Assembly (NCBI GenBank): GCA_040954595.2
Contig: CM082590.2
Location: 9,822,088 to 9,886,087 of the forward strand
DNA from: Balanoglossus misakiensis
Lineage: Eukaryota; Animalia; Hemichordata
Direction of reading: 5' to 3'
Length of the DNA stretch: 64,000 nucleotides
A program made the position numbers and the translations under genes. How positions within the stretch are numbered: the first letter of the stretch is position 1; each line of letters begins with the position of its first letter. A model generated the notes under the pieces. The model did not search any database. It was not told the origin of the DNA and saw nothing but the letters and a program-made list of their open reading frames with translations. Below, piece after piece: positions 1 through 13,735 of the stretch.

Positions 1-3000
1 TTTTCAAAAATTCTTCATTTTTGATAAAAATCATGGGTTATAGCTCATGAAAATCATCAAAAAATGACAATTTTTCGACTTTGCGGAATTTCAAAATTTG
101 GCCGATTTTTGAAAAAAACATGGGTTATAGCTCATGAAAATCATCAAAAAATGACAATTTTTCGACTTTGCGGAATTTCAAAATTTGGCCGATTCTTGAA
201 AAAACCATGGGTTATAGCTCATGAAAATCATCAAAAAATGACAATTTTTCGACTTTGCGGAATTTCAAAATTTGGCCGATTTTTGAAAAAACCATGGGTT
301 ATAGCTCATGAAAATCATCAAAAAATGACAATTTTTCGACTTTGCGGAATTTCAAAATTTGGCCGATTTTTGAAAAAACCATGGGTTATAGCTCATGAAA
401 ATCATCAAAAAATGACAATTTTTCGACTTTGCGGAATTTCAAAATTTGGCCAATTTTGAAAAAAAAACCATGGGTTATAGCTCATGAAAATCATCAAAAA
501 ATGACAATTTTTCGACTTTGCGGAAATTTCAAAATTTGGCCGATTTTTGAAAAAACCATGGGTTATAGCTCATGAAAATCATCAAAAAATGACAATTTTT
601 CGACTTTGCGGAATTTCAAAATTTGGCAGATTTTTGAAAAAACCATGGGTTATAGCTCATGAAAATGACAATTTTTCGACTTTGCGGAATTTCAAAATTT
701 GCCCGATTTTTGAAAAAACCATGGGTTATAGCTCATGAAAATCATCAAAAAATGACAATTTTTCGACTTTGCGGAATTTCAAAATTTGGCCGATTTTTGA
801 AAAAACCATGGGTTATAGCTCATGAAAATCATCAAAAAATGACAATTTTTCGACTTTGCGGAATTTCAAAATTTGGCCGATTTTTGAAAAAACCATGGGT
901 TATAGCTCATGAAAATCATCAAAAAATGACAATTTTTCGACTTTGCGGAATTTCAAAATTTGGCCGATTTTTGAAAAAACCATGGGTTATAGCTCATGAA
1001 AATCATCAAAAAATGACAATTTTTCGACTTTGCGGAATTTCGAAATTTGGCCGATTTTTGAAAAAACCATGGGTTATAGCTCATGAAAATCATCAAAAAA
1101 TGACAATTTTTCGACTTTGCGGAATTTCAAAATTTGGCCGATTTTTGAAAAAACCATGGGTTATAGCTCATGAAAATCATCAAAAAATGACAATTTTTCG
1201 ACTTTGCGGAATTTCAAAATTTGGCAGATTTTTGAAAAAACCATGGGTTATAGCTCATGAAAATAATCAAAAAATGACAATTTTTCGACTTTGCGGAATT
1301 TCGAAATTTGGCCGATTTTTGAAAAAACCATGGGTTATAGCTAATGAAAATCATCAAAAAATGACAATTTTTCGACTTTGCGGAATTTCGAAATTTGGCC
1401 GATTTTTGAAAAAACCATGGGTTATAGCTCATGAAAATCATCAAAAAATGACAATTTTTCGACTTTGCGGAATTTCGAAATTTGGCCGATTTTTGAAAAA
1501 ACCATGGGTTATAGCTCATGAAAATCATCAAAAAATGACAATTTTTCGACTTTGCGGAATTTCGAAATTTGGCCGATTTTTGAAAAAACCATGGGTTATA
1601 GCTCATGAAAATCATCAAAAAATGACAATTTTTCGACTTTGCGGAATTTCGAAATTTGGCCGATTTTTGAAAAAACCATGGGTTATAGCTCATGAAAATC
1701 ATCAAAAAATGACAATTTTTCGACTTTGCGGAATTTCAAAATTTGGCCGATTTTTGAAAAAACCATGGGTTATAGCTCATGAAAATCATCAAAAAATGAC
1801 AATTTTTCGACTTTGCGGAATTTCGAAATTTGGCCGATTTTTGAAAAAACCATGGGTTATAGCTCATGAAAATCATCAAAAAATGACAATTTTTCGACTT
1901 TGCGGAATTTCGAAATTTGGCCGATTTTTGAAAAAACCATGGGTTATAGCTCATGAAAATCATCAAAAAATGACAATTTTTCGACTTTGCGGAATTTCAA
2001 AATTTGGCAGATTTTTGAAAAAACCATGGGTTATAGCTCATGAAAATCATCAAAAAATGACAATTTTTCGACTTTGCGGAATTTCAAAATTTGCCCGATT
2101 TTTGAAAAAACCATGGGTTATAGCTCATGAAAATCATCAAAAAATGACAATTTTTCGACTTTGCGGAATTTCAAAATTTGGCCGATTTTTGAAAAAACCA
2201 TGGGTTATAGCTCATGAAAATCATCAAAAAATGACAATTTTTCGACTTTGCGGAATTTCGAAATTTGGCCGATTTTTGAAAAAACCATGGGTTATAGCTC
2301 ATGAAAATCATCAAAAAATGACAATTTTTCGACTTTGCGGAATTTCGAAATTTGGCCGATTTTTGAAAAAACCATGGGTTATAGCTCATGAAAATCATCA
2401 AAAAATGACAATTTTTCGACTTTGCGGAATTTCGAAATTTGGCCGATTTTTGAAAAAACCATGGGTTATAGCTCATGAAAATCATCAAAAAATGACAATT
2501 TTTCGACTTTGCGGAATTTCAAAATTTGGCCGATTTTTGAAAAAACCATGGGTTATAGCTCATGAAAATCATCAAAAAATGACAATTTTTCGACTTTGCG
2601 GAATTTCGAAATTTGGCCGATTTTTGAAAAAACCATGGGTTATAGCTCATGAAAATCATCAAAAAATGACAATTTTTCGACTTTGCGGAATTTCGAAATT
2701 TGGCCGATTTTTGAAAAAACCATGGGTTATAGCTCATGAAAATCATCAAAAAATGACAATTTTTCGACTTTGCGGAATTTCAAAATTTGGCAGATTTTTG
2801 AAAAAACCATGGGTTATAGCTCATGAAAATCATCAAAAAATGACAATTTTTCGACTTTGCGGAATTTCAAAATTTGCCCGATTTTTGAAAAAACCATGGG
2901 TTATAGCTCATGAAAATCATCAAAAAATGACAATTTTTCGACTTTGCGGAATTTCAAAATTTGGCCGATTTTTGAAAAAACCATGGGTTATAGCTCATGA

Positions 3001-6000
3001 AAATCATCAAAAAATGACAATTTTTCGACTTTGCGGAATTTCAAAATTTGGCCGATTTTTGAAAAAACCATGGGTTATAGCTCATGAAAATCATCAAAAA
3101 ATGACAATTTTTCGACTTTGCGGAATTTCAAAATTTGGCAGATTTTTGAAAAAACCATGGGTTATAGCTCATGAAAATCATCAAAAAATGACAATTTTTC
3201 GACTTTGCGGAATTTCAAAATTTGGCCGATTTTTGAAAAAACCATGGGTTATAGCTCATGAAAATCATCAAAAAATGACAATTTTTCGACTTTGCGGAAT
3301 TTCGAAATTTGGCCGATTTTTGAAAAAACCATGGGTTATAGCTCATGAAAATCATCAAAAAATGACAATTTTTCGACTTTGCGGAATTTCAAAATTAGGC
3401 CATTTTTTGATAAAAATCATGGGTTATAGCTCATGAAAATCATCAAAATATGACCATTTTTCCACTTTGGAAATTTCAAAATTTGGCCATTTTTTGATAA
3501 AAACCATGGGTTATAGCTCATGAAAATCATCAAAAAATGACAATTTTTCGACTTTGCGGAATTTCGAAATTTGGCCGATTTTTGAAAAAACCATGGGTTA
3601 TAGCTCATGAAAATCATCAAAAAATGACAATTTTTCGACTTTGCGGAATTTCGAAATTTGGCCGATTTTTGAAAAAACCATGGGTTATAGCTCATGAAAA
3701 TCATCAAAAAATGACAATTTTTCGACTTTGCGGAATTTCGAAATTTGGCCGATTTTTGAAAAAACCATGGGTTATAGCTCATGAAAATCATCAAAAAATG
3801 ACAATTTTTCGACTTTGCGGAATTTCAAAATTTGGCCGATTTTTGAAAAAAACATGGGTTATAGCTCATGAAAATCATCAAAAAATGACAATTTTTCGAC
3901 TTTGCGGAATTTCAAAATTTGGCCGATTTTTGAAAAAACCATGGGTTATAGCTCATGAAAATCATCAAAAAATGACAATTTTTCGACTTTGCGGAATTTC
4001 AAAATTTGCCCGATTTTTGAAAAAACCATGGGTTATAGCTCATGAAAATCATCAAAAAATGACAATTTTTCGACTTTGCGGAATTTCAAAATTTGGCCGA
4101 TTTTTGAAAAAACCATGGGTTATAGCTCATGAAAATCATCAAAAAATGACAATTTTTCGACTTTGCGGAATTTCAAAATTTGGCCGATTTTTGAAAAAAC
4201 CATGGGTTATAGCTCATGAAAATCATCAAAAAATGACAATTTTTCGACTTTGCGGAATTTCAAAATTTGGCAGATTTTTGAAAAAACCATGGGTTATAGC
4301 TCATGAAAATCATCAAAAAATGACAATTTTTCGACTTTGCGGAATTTCAAAATTTGGCCGATTTTTGAAAAAACCATGGGTTATAGCTCATGAAAATCAT
4401 CAAAAAATGACAATTTTTCGACTTTGCGGAATTTCGAAATTTGGCCGATTTTTGAAAAAACCATGGGTTATAGCTCATGAAAATCATCAAAAAATGACAA
4501 TTTTTCGACTTTGCGGAATTTCAAAATTAGGCCATTTTTTGATAAAAATCATGGGTTATAGCTCATGAAAATCATCAAAATATGACCATTTTTCCACTTT
4601 GGAAATTTCAAAATTTGGCCATTTTTTGATAAAAACCATGGGTTATAGCTCATGAAAATGACAATTTTTCGACTTTGCGGAATTTCAAAATTTGCCCGAT
4701 TTTTGAAAAAACCATGGGTTATAGCTCATGAAAATCATCAAAAAATGACAATTTTTCGACTTTGCGGAATTTCAAAATTTGGCCGATTTTTGAAAAAACC
4801 ATGGGTTATAGCTCATGAAAATCATCAAAAAATGACAATTTTTCGACTTTGCGGAATTTCAAAATTTGCCCGATTTTTGAAAAAACCATGGGTTATAGCT
4901 CATGAAAATCATCAAAAAATGACAATTTTTCGACTTTGCGGAATTTCAAAATTTGGCCGATTTTTGAAAAAACCATGGGTTATAGCTCATGAAAATCATC
5001 AAAAAATGACAATTTTTCGACTTTGCGGAATTTCAAAATTTGGCCGATTTTTGAAAAAACCATGGGTTATAGCTCATGAAAATCATCAAAAAATGACAAT
5101 TTTTCGACTTTGCGGAATTTCAAAATTTGGCAGATTTTTGAAAAAACCATGGGTTATAGCTCATGAAAATCATCAAAAAATGACAATTTTTCGACTTTGC
5201 GGAATTTCAAAATTTGGCCGATTTTTGAAAAAACCATGGGTTATAGCTCATGAAAATCATCAAAAAATGACAATTTTTCGACTTTGCGGAATTTCGAAAT
5301 TTGGCCGATTTTTGAAAAAACCATGGGTTATAGCTCATGAAAATCATCAAAAAATGACAATTTTTCGACTTTGCGGAATTTCGAAATTTGGCCGATTTTT
5401 GAAAAAACCATGGGTTATAGCTCATGAAAATCATCAAAAAATGACAATTTTTCGACTTTGCGGAATTTCAAAATTTGGCCGATTTTTGAAAAAAACATGG
5501 GTTATAGCTCATGAAAATCATCAAAAAATGACAATTTTTCGACTTTGCGGAATTTCAAAATTTGGCCGATTTTTGAAAAAACCATGGGTTATAGCTCATG
5601 AAAATCATCAAAAAATGACAATTTTTCGACTTTGCGGAATTTCAAAATTTGGCCGATTTTTGAAAAAACCATGGGTTATAGCTCATGAAAATCATCAAAA
5701 AATGACAATTTTTCGACTTTGCGGAATTTCAAAATTTGGCCGATTTTTGAAAAAACCATGGGTTATAGCTCATGAAAATCATCAAAAAATGACAATTTTT
5801 CGACTTTGCGGAATTTCAAAATTTGGCCAATTTTGAAAAAAAAACCATGGGTTATAGCTCATGAAAATCATCAAAAAATGACAATTTTTCGACTTTGCGG
5901 AATTTCAAAATTTGGCCGATTTTTGAAAAAACCATGGGTTATAGCTCATGAAAATCATCAAAAAATGACAATTTTTCGACTTTGCGGAATTTCGAAATTT

Positions 6001-9000
6001 GGCCGATTTTTGAAAAAACCATGGGTTATAGCTCATGAAAATCATCAAAAAATGACAATTTTTCGACTTTGCGGAATTTCGAAATTTGGCCGATTTTTGA
6101 AAAAACCATGGGTTATAGCTCATGAAAATCATCAAAATATGACCATTTTTCCACTTTGGAAATTTCAAAATTTGGCCATTTTTTGATAAAAACCATGGGT
6201 TATAGCTCATGAAAATCATCAAAAAATGACCATTTTTCGACTTTGCGGAATTTCAAAATTTGGCCGATTTTTGAAAAAACCATGGGTTATAGCTCATGAA
6301 AATCATCAAAAAATGACAATTTTTCGACTTTGCGGAATTTCAAAATTTGGCCGATTTTTGAAAAAACCATGGGTTATAGCTCATGAAAATCATCAAAAAA
6401 TGACAATTTTTCGACTTTGCGGAATTTCAAAATTTGGCCGATTTTTGAAAAAACCATGGGTTATAGCTCATGAAAATCATCAAAAAATGACAATTTTTAG
6501 ACTTTGCGGAATTTCAAAATTTGGCCGATTTTTGAAAAAACCATGGGTTATAGCTCATGAAAATCATCAAAAAATGACAATTTTTCGACTTTGCGGAATT
6601 TCAAAATTTGGCCAATTTTGAAAAAAAAACCATGGGTTATAGCTCATGAAAATCATCAAAAAATGACAATTTTTCGACTTTGCGGAATTTCAAAATTTGG
6701 CCGATTTTTGAAAAAACCATGGGTTATAGCTCATGAAAATCATCAAAAAATGACAATTTTTCGACTTTGCGGAATTTCGAAATTTGGCCGATTTTTGAAA
6801 AAACCATGGGTTATAGCTCATGAAAATCATCAAAAAATGACAATTTTTCGACTTTGCGGAATTTCGAAATTTGGCCGATTTTTGAAAAAACCATGGGTTA
6901 TAGCTCATGAAAATCATCAAAAAATGACAATTTTTCGACTTTGCGGAATTTCGAAATTTGGCCGATTTTTGAAAAAACCATGGGTTATAGCTCATGAAAA
7001 TCATCAAAAAATGACAATTTTTCGACTTTGCGGAATTTCGAAATTTGGCCGATTTTTGAAAAAACCATGGGTTATAGCTCATGAAAATCATCAAAAAATG
7101 ACCATTTTTCCACTTTGGAAATTTCAAAATTTGGCCATTTTTTGATAAAAACCATGGGTTATAGCTCATGAAAATCATCAAAAAATGACCATTTTTCGAC
7201 TTTGCGGAATTTCAAAATTTGGCCGATTTTTGAAAAAACCATGGGTTATAGCTCATGAAAATCATCAAAAAATGACAATTTTTCGACTTTGCGGAATTTC
7301 AAAATTTGGCCGATTTTTGAAAAAACCATGGGTTATAGCTCATGAAAATCATCAAAAAATGACAATTTTTCGACTTTGCGGAATTTCAAAATTTGGCCGA
7401 TTTTTGAAAAAACCATGGGTTATAGCTCATGAAAATCATCAAAAAATGACAATTTTTCGACTTTGCGGAATTTCAAAATTTGGCCGATTTTTGAAAAAAC
7501 CATGGGTTATAGCTCATGAAAATCATCAAAAAATGACAATTTTTCGACTTTGCGGAATTTCAAAATTTGGCCAATTTTGAAAAAAAAACCATGGGTTATA
7601 GCTCATGAAAATCATCAAAAAATGACAATTTTTCGACTTTGCGGAATTTCAAAATTTGGCCGATTTTTGAAAAAACCATGGGTTATAGCTCATGAAAATC
7701 ATCAAAAAATGACAATTTTTCGACTTTGCGGAATTTCAAAATTTGGCCAATTTTGAAAAAAAAACCATGGGTTATAGCTCATGAAAATCATCAAAAAATG
7801 ACAATTTTTCGACTTTGCGGAATTTCAAAATTTGGCCGATTTTTGAAAAAACCATGGGTTATAGCTCATGAAAATCATCAAAAAATGACAATTTTTCGAC
7901 TTTGCGGAATTTCGAAATTTGGCCGATTTTTGAAAAAACCATGGGTTATAGCTCATGAAAATCATCAAAAAATGACAATTTTTCGACTTTGCGGAATTTC
8001 GAAATTTGGCCGATTTTTGAAAAAACCATGGGTTATAGCTCATGAAAATCATCAAAATATGACCATTTTTCCACTTTGGAAATTTCAAAATTTGGCCATT
8101 TTTTGATAAAAACCATGGGTTATAGCTCATGAAAATCATCAAAAAATGACCATTTTTCGACTTTGCGGAATTTCAAAATTTGGCCGATTTTTGAAAAAAC
8201 CATGGGTTATAGCTCATGAAAATCATCAAAAAATGACAATTTTTCGACTTTGCGGAATTTCAAAATTTGGCCGATTTTTGAAAAAACCATGGGTTATAGC
8301 TCATGAAAATCATCAAAAAATGACAATTTTTCGACTTTGCGGAATTTCAAAATTTGGCCGATTTTTGAAAAAACCATGGGTTATAGCTCATGAAAATCAT
8401 CAAAAAATGACAATTTTTAGACTTTGCGGAATTTCAAAATTTGGCCGATTTTTGAAAAAACCATGGGTTATAGCTCATGAAAATCATCAAAAAATGACAA
8501 TTTTTCGACTTTGCGGAATTTCAAAATTTGGCCAATTTTGAAAAAAAAACCATGGGTTATAGCTCATGAAAATCATCAAAAAATGACAATTTTTCGACTT
8601 TGCGGAATTTCAAAATTTGGCCGATTTTTGAAAAAACCATGGGTTATAGCTCATGAAAATCATCAAAAAATGACAATTTTTCGACTTTGCGGAATTTCGA
8701 AATTTGGCCGATTTTTGAAAAAACCATGGGTTATAGCTCATGAAAATCATCAAAAAATGACAATTTTTCGACTTTGCGGAATTTCGAAATTTGGCCGATT
8801 TTTGAAAAAACCATGGGTTATAGCTCATGAAAATCATCAAAAAATGACAATTTTTCGACTTTGCGGAATTTCGAAATTTGGCCGATTTTTGAAAAAACCA
8901 TGGGTTATAGCTCATGAAAATCATCAAAAAATGACAATTTTTCGACTTTGCGGAATTTCGAAATTTGGCCGATTTTTGAAAAAACCATGGGTTATAGCTC

Positions 9001-10650
9001 ATGAAAATCATCAAAAAATGACCATTTTTCCACTTTGGAAATTTCAAAATTTGGCCATTTTTTGATAAAAACCATGGGTTATAGCTCATGAAAATCATCA
9101 AAAAATGACCATTTTTCGACTTTGCGGAATTTCAAAATTTGGCCGATTTTTGAAAAAACCATGGGTTATAGCTCATGAAAATCATCAAAAAATGACAATT
9201 TTTCGACTTTGCGGAATTTCAAAATTTGGCCGATTTTTGAAAAAACCATGGGTTATAGCTCATGAAAATCATCAAAAAATGACAATTTTTCGACTTTGCG
9301 GAATTTCAAAATTTGGCCGATTTTTGAAAAAACCATGGGTTATAGCTCATGAAAATCATCAAAAAATGACAATTTTTCGACTTTGCGGAATTTCAAAATT
9401 TGGCCGATTTTTGAAAAAACCATGGGTTATAGCTCATGAAAATCATCAAAAAATGACAATTTTTCGACTTTGCGGAATTTCAAAATTTGGCCAATTTTGA
9501 AAAAAAAACCATGGGTTATAGCTCATGAAAATCATCAAAAAATGACAATTTTTCGACTTTGCGGAATTTCAAAATTTGGCCGATTTTTGAAAAAACCATG
9601 GGTTATAGCTCATGAAAATCATCAAAAAATGACAATTTTTCGACTTTGCGGAATTTCGAAATTTGGCCGATTTTTGAAAAAACCATGGGTTATAGCTCAT
9701 GAAAATCATCAAAAAAGGACAATTTTTCGACTTTGTAATTTCGAAATTTGGCCGATTTTTGAAAAAACCATGGGTTATAGCTCATGAAAATCATCAAAAA
9801 ATGACAATTTTTCGACTTTGCGGAATTTCGAAATTTGGCCGATTTTTGAAAAAACCATGGGTTATAGCTCATGAAAATCATCAAAAAATGACAATTTTTC
9901 GACTTTGCGGAATTTCGAAATTTGGCCGATTTTTGAAAAAACCATGGGTTATAGCTCATGAAAATCATCAAAAAATGACAATTTTTCGACTTTGCGGAAT
10001 TTCAAAATTAGGCCATTTTTTGATAAAAATCATGGGTTATAGCTCATGAAAATCATCAAAATATGACCATTTTTCCACTTTGGAAATTTCAAAATTTGGC
10101 CATTTTTTGATAAAAACCATGGGTTATAGCTCATGAAAATCATCAAAAAATGACCATTTTTCGACTTTGCGGAATTTCAAAATTTGGCCGATTTTTGAAA
10201 AAACCATGGGTTATAGCTCATGAAAATCATCAAAAAATGACAATTTTTCGACTTTGCGGAATTTCAAAATTTGGCCGATTTTTGAAAAAACCATGGGTTA
10301 TAGCTCATGAAAATCATCTAAAAATGACAATTTTTCGACTTTGCGGAATTTCAAAATTTGGCCGATTTTTGAAAAAACCATGGGTTATAGCTCATGAAAA
10401 TCATCAAAAAATGAAAAATTTTCGACTTTGCGGAATTTCAAAATTTGGCCGAATTTTGAAAAAACCATGGGTTATAGCTCATGAAAAGCATCAAAAAATG
10501 ACCATTTTTCCACTTTGGGAAATTTCAAAATTTGGCCATTTTTTTATAAAAATCATGGGTTACAGCTCATGAAAATCATCCAAAAATGACGATTTTTCGA
10601 CTTTGCGAAGTTTCGAAACTTCTTCATTTTTTGAAAAAAAACATGGGTTA
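1..10650. repeat. 87-bp tandem satellite array (~122 monomers in window, left end possibly truncated) with higher-order repeats
   Basis: Consensus CATGAAAATCATCAAAAAATGACAATTTTTCGACTTTGCGGAATTTCAAAATTTGGCCGATTTTTGAAAAAACCATGGGTTATAGCT repeated head-to-tail with few variant positions. Monomers become more divergent after ~10300, and the last recognisable motif (ACATGGGTTA) ends at 10650. Confidence 0.99.
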
Positions 10651-11060
10651 ATACCACAAAATCGGTCCACGGGTTTGATTTGAACAATCCGTGATGGATT
10701 TTTGAATAATAACGAGAAATTATCATCGCATAAAATCAGCATTAAATACCCATGATAATTTCTCATAGCTTATTCCATAAAAATGGCGCGACAACCGAAA
10801 ATACGCGATGACCATAATTAATTGTAGTGCTCCTGGTGTTACGCCTAGTAAGAGAAATGTTGTTAGATGAACGGTAGATTTACTGATCTTAATCTTCCCT
10901 GTCACTAATTGTACTAAAGCAAATCTTTTACAGCTGGGGCATCCGAAGTCGACCGGGACAGATCGTGAATAAAATCATTTAATTTATCACCCGTAAATCC
11001 TTTCAACTCAGACAAGATATTATTGTGACCAGAGAACGAGAAACGAAGACCGTTACAACC

Positions 11061-13607
11061 ATGGGTGCACAGTAAGTACACTCGAGTGGCCTTGCAGTCA
11101 GCCAAATTATCTGTTCGTCTACAAATATCAGTTCACTGCATCAGTTGATGTAGATTCTGAATATGGTTTTATCCATTTTGAAAGAAATACAACCTTTACA
11201 AGTGTTATTAATATTTTTGTGCTGGGTATTAATTGTACGTCTACGTTGATGGCGCAACGTGAACGTTTGCTTTGAATTTACAAATCCCGACACATATTTG
11301 TTTTTGTGTCTTAAAGTCTGTCTGGCACTACTACACGTTGATTATAGATGTAAAGAACATAGTTCATGTATATTTTTATTATACAACCTTCTGCAGTTGT
11401 GCAGAAAGCACTCGGCAAAAAATAAGAACATATTATCACTTTTCCAGATACAAAGCGATAGGCCTACTGATCATCTCCGCTGTTACTATTCTGAATATAA
11501 TATTTTTGCCGAGAATTTTCAAGAATTATGGAAGCTCGCTGTCCATCACGAAAATGACCGAGGTGAGATACAGTAATTCTAAAATAAAACCGGTTCATTA
11601 TCTCTAGAGGAACTATTTGGATAATCACCATGATACATGCATGAGTGCAATGAAGCACACTGGAAGCGTAGTACTATGATTACTTTTTCAATTTTGAAAA
11701 GTCAGCAGCAATATACAAATGTACCCCTAACAGTTTCTAAAAAGCAAAATTTGATACTCCTGATTATGTTTTCACAATTTTAATAACGAGTGTGATGATA
11801 TAAAAGGGATGCACAGTAAACCCTGTTTAAATCTTTTCCACCCAGGCGATGCGAATGCCTTCACCTGGTCAGGCAGATAGTTCGGAGAGTCGACACATCA
11901 TGTCCGACAACCGTGACATCACCACGGCCAGCCCTGAAGAGGCAGACGGCCATCTTGCCACAACGGAGGAAAGTAACACAACTTCTAGCGACCCCATTAG
12001 GGCGTTAACGCTACCCTCACGGTTCAAAAATAATTCCAGCGACAGCGATATCCACACTCGATACATGATAGCCATTAGGATGGAGTTCCAGGGAGGACCC
12101 GGTTCTCAGTACAACATCTTTAAGAACGCCATCTTGCTAAGCTTGCTAACAAACCGAACATTAGTAACGACGCCATTTTTACTCCATCATGCCCACGTCG
12201 AGGGAGGTTTTCGACCCGGCGATTTAAAATCATTCGAATCAACTTTTGATACGAATGAGCTGGCAAAGCTGTTGCCACTGGCAACGGTGGATCAGTTTAA
12301 TCGCGCCTGTGACCCTGACAACACTAAACTGATTGTTTGGAATGTAGGCAAAGATAAATATGAATACATGAGATTGACATTTTACCATGAAGTAATTGGC
12401 ATTGATCTTCCAAAGTTTGATGCTGTGATAGATTTGAAAACTAACACGGATGCGGACCAATTAATATCAAAAATTGAGCCTTTTAAATGTCTGGCATTGT
12501 CTGTAGATAGTCTACGAAGCATAAACTTTGGTGACAGATTCACAGATGAAGCTAAAACTGCCCTGAACAAATATCTTGTACGATCTCCAATAGTTCGAGA
12601 CGCAGTTACCTATTTGTCTGGTGGGATTTGTGATGGACAAGAGTATCTGGCAGTGCACTGGAGGAACAAGTCATCAGAACAGCCGTAAGTTATCAGCAAA
12701 TCACAGACTTTCAGTGGGAGACACACGCGAAAATAGAGCGCCACCACATGTTGGCTTTACACGCCATTTCAGCCATGTATGGGCATATGTAAATTGATGC
12801 TGACAGTATACCTTTAACACAATGCGTTCGAATGTTACAGGTGCGCAGTGTATGCGCAAGAAAAATATGGACATCTGTGTGAGGGGATCAAAACACAAGT
12901 ACGTGAACTGGCCCACCTCGCCGCCAAAGCTATTAATGATCTGATGAAGAAAGAAGACATAAAATGCATCTATGTGTCGTGCCCTTTTTGGTCAACGGTA
13001 AGTTGAATTACACGCGTTGAATCAAAGCCTTAGATATTTTATTACATTTTGCTCAGGAAAAAATCGAGTTAAAATTGAGAATAAAATTTTGGATCACCAT
13101 GCACAAATTTTGAGTGACTATATATTTTCAATAAACTGAGAACGACCATTTCAATGCTGCGATACTTTTACAGGAAATTTTGGATATATTCTCAAGATAT
13201 GTCAAAAAGAGCCAGATCAAAAGTTCCAGCAGTCTGAATATTCCTGATAAATACGAAGCAGTTGCCGAGGAATACATGTTTCAACTTGTGGAACAAGAAA
13301 TCCTATTCAGTAAGTTTAAACTTGTTTACGGATTAAAATTGTCTAAAAGACGACAGATACAGTGTTATCAATGGCTGTGTAATACTTTGTCATGTTTACC
13401 ATAATTTACAAGAGAAACTGTACATTGAAGACACTCAATACTGATAAGAATTTTGTTTAAATTTTAGGAGCCGCCATTTTTGTTGCAGCGGGTCATTCAA
13501 ACTGGTCAGATTTCATCCTCAAAGGCAGAGAGGCAATCGGAAGGAAAACATACAGCATTCGAGAACTTGTTGAAGTTCCCGAGGATGCCAAAATAAACAT
13601 TATTTAA
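11061..13607 (+). CDS. GDP-fucose O-fucosyltransferase-family protein (POFUT1/POFUT2-like, GT-B fold), predicted type II membrane protein, 465 aa, 6 coding exons
   Basis: Exons 11061-11071, 11448-11562, 11846-12684, 12841-12997, 13174-13309, 13468-13607. All introns are GT..AG with matching phases (2,0,2,0,1), total 1398 nt. Start context is acaaccATGG. N-terminus MGAQYKAIGLLIISAVTILNIIFLPR is a signal anchor, followed by a S/T-rich stem. Family motifs: GGPGSQYNIFKNAILLSLLTNRTLVTTPF (cf. POFUT1 GRFGNQ...LNRTLAVPPW), YLAVHWRNK (cf. xHLR) and VEQEILFRAAIFVAAGHSNWSDFI (cf. DQxICxxAxxFIGxxxSTFS). Confidence 0.85.
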
Positions 13608-13735
13608 TGTCAATCACTTTTATAGTGTGTTAAAATTAAAAGCATACGATATGAATGATATAAGCAGTTCGAATAGTCTAGCGCCGCCTGTAGTTAAAAC
13701 GGGAATATGCCATTGTTTACAAATGACGTCATTCT

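Noticed and set aside
73-88. CENP-B-box-like TTCG...CGGA in the monomer
   Set aside because: The spacer is 6 nt rather than 8, and CGGG and the conserved A are missing.
64-10572. Long ORFs (up to 925 aa) of the cationic 29-mer MTIFRLCGISKFGRFLKKPWVIAHENHQK; several common variants (TCA/TCG, CGA/AGA, ACA/ACC) are synonymous in this frame
   Set aside because: 87 bp is a multiple of 3, so any stop-free frame gives long ORFs. Frameshifting variants are propagated in the higher-order repeats, the opposite strand is also open, and the main variant is a CpG transition. Ribosome profiling or proteomics would be needed to revive the idea.
1-10650. CRISPR-like array
   Set aside because: There are no unique spacers or cas genes, and the DNA is eukaryotic.
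11849-12688. Stand-alone 279-aa ORF
   Set aside because: It is internal exon 3 of the spliced fucosyltransferase gene, with an acceptor at 11845 and a donor at 12685.
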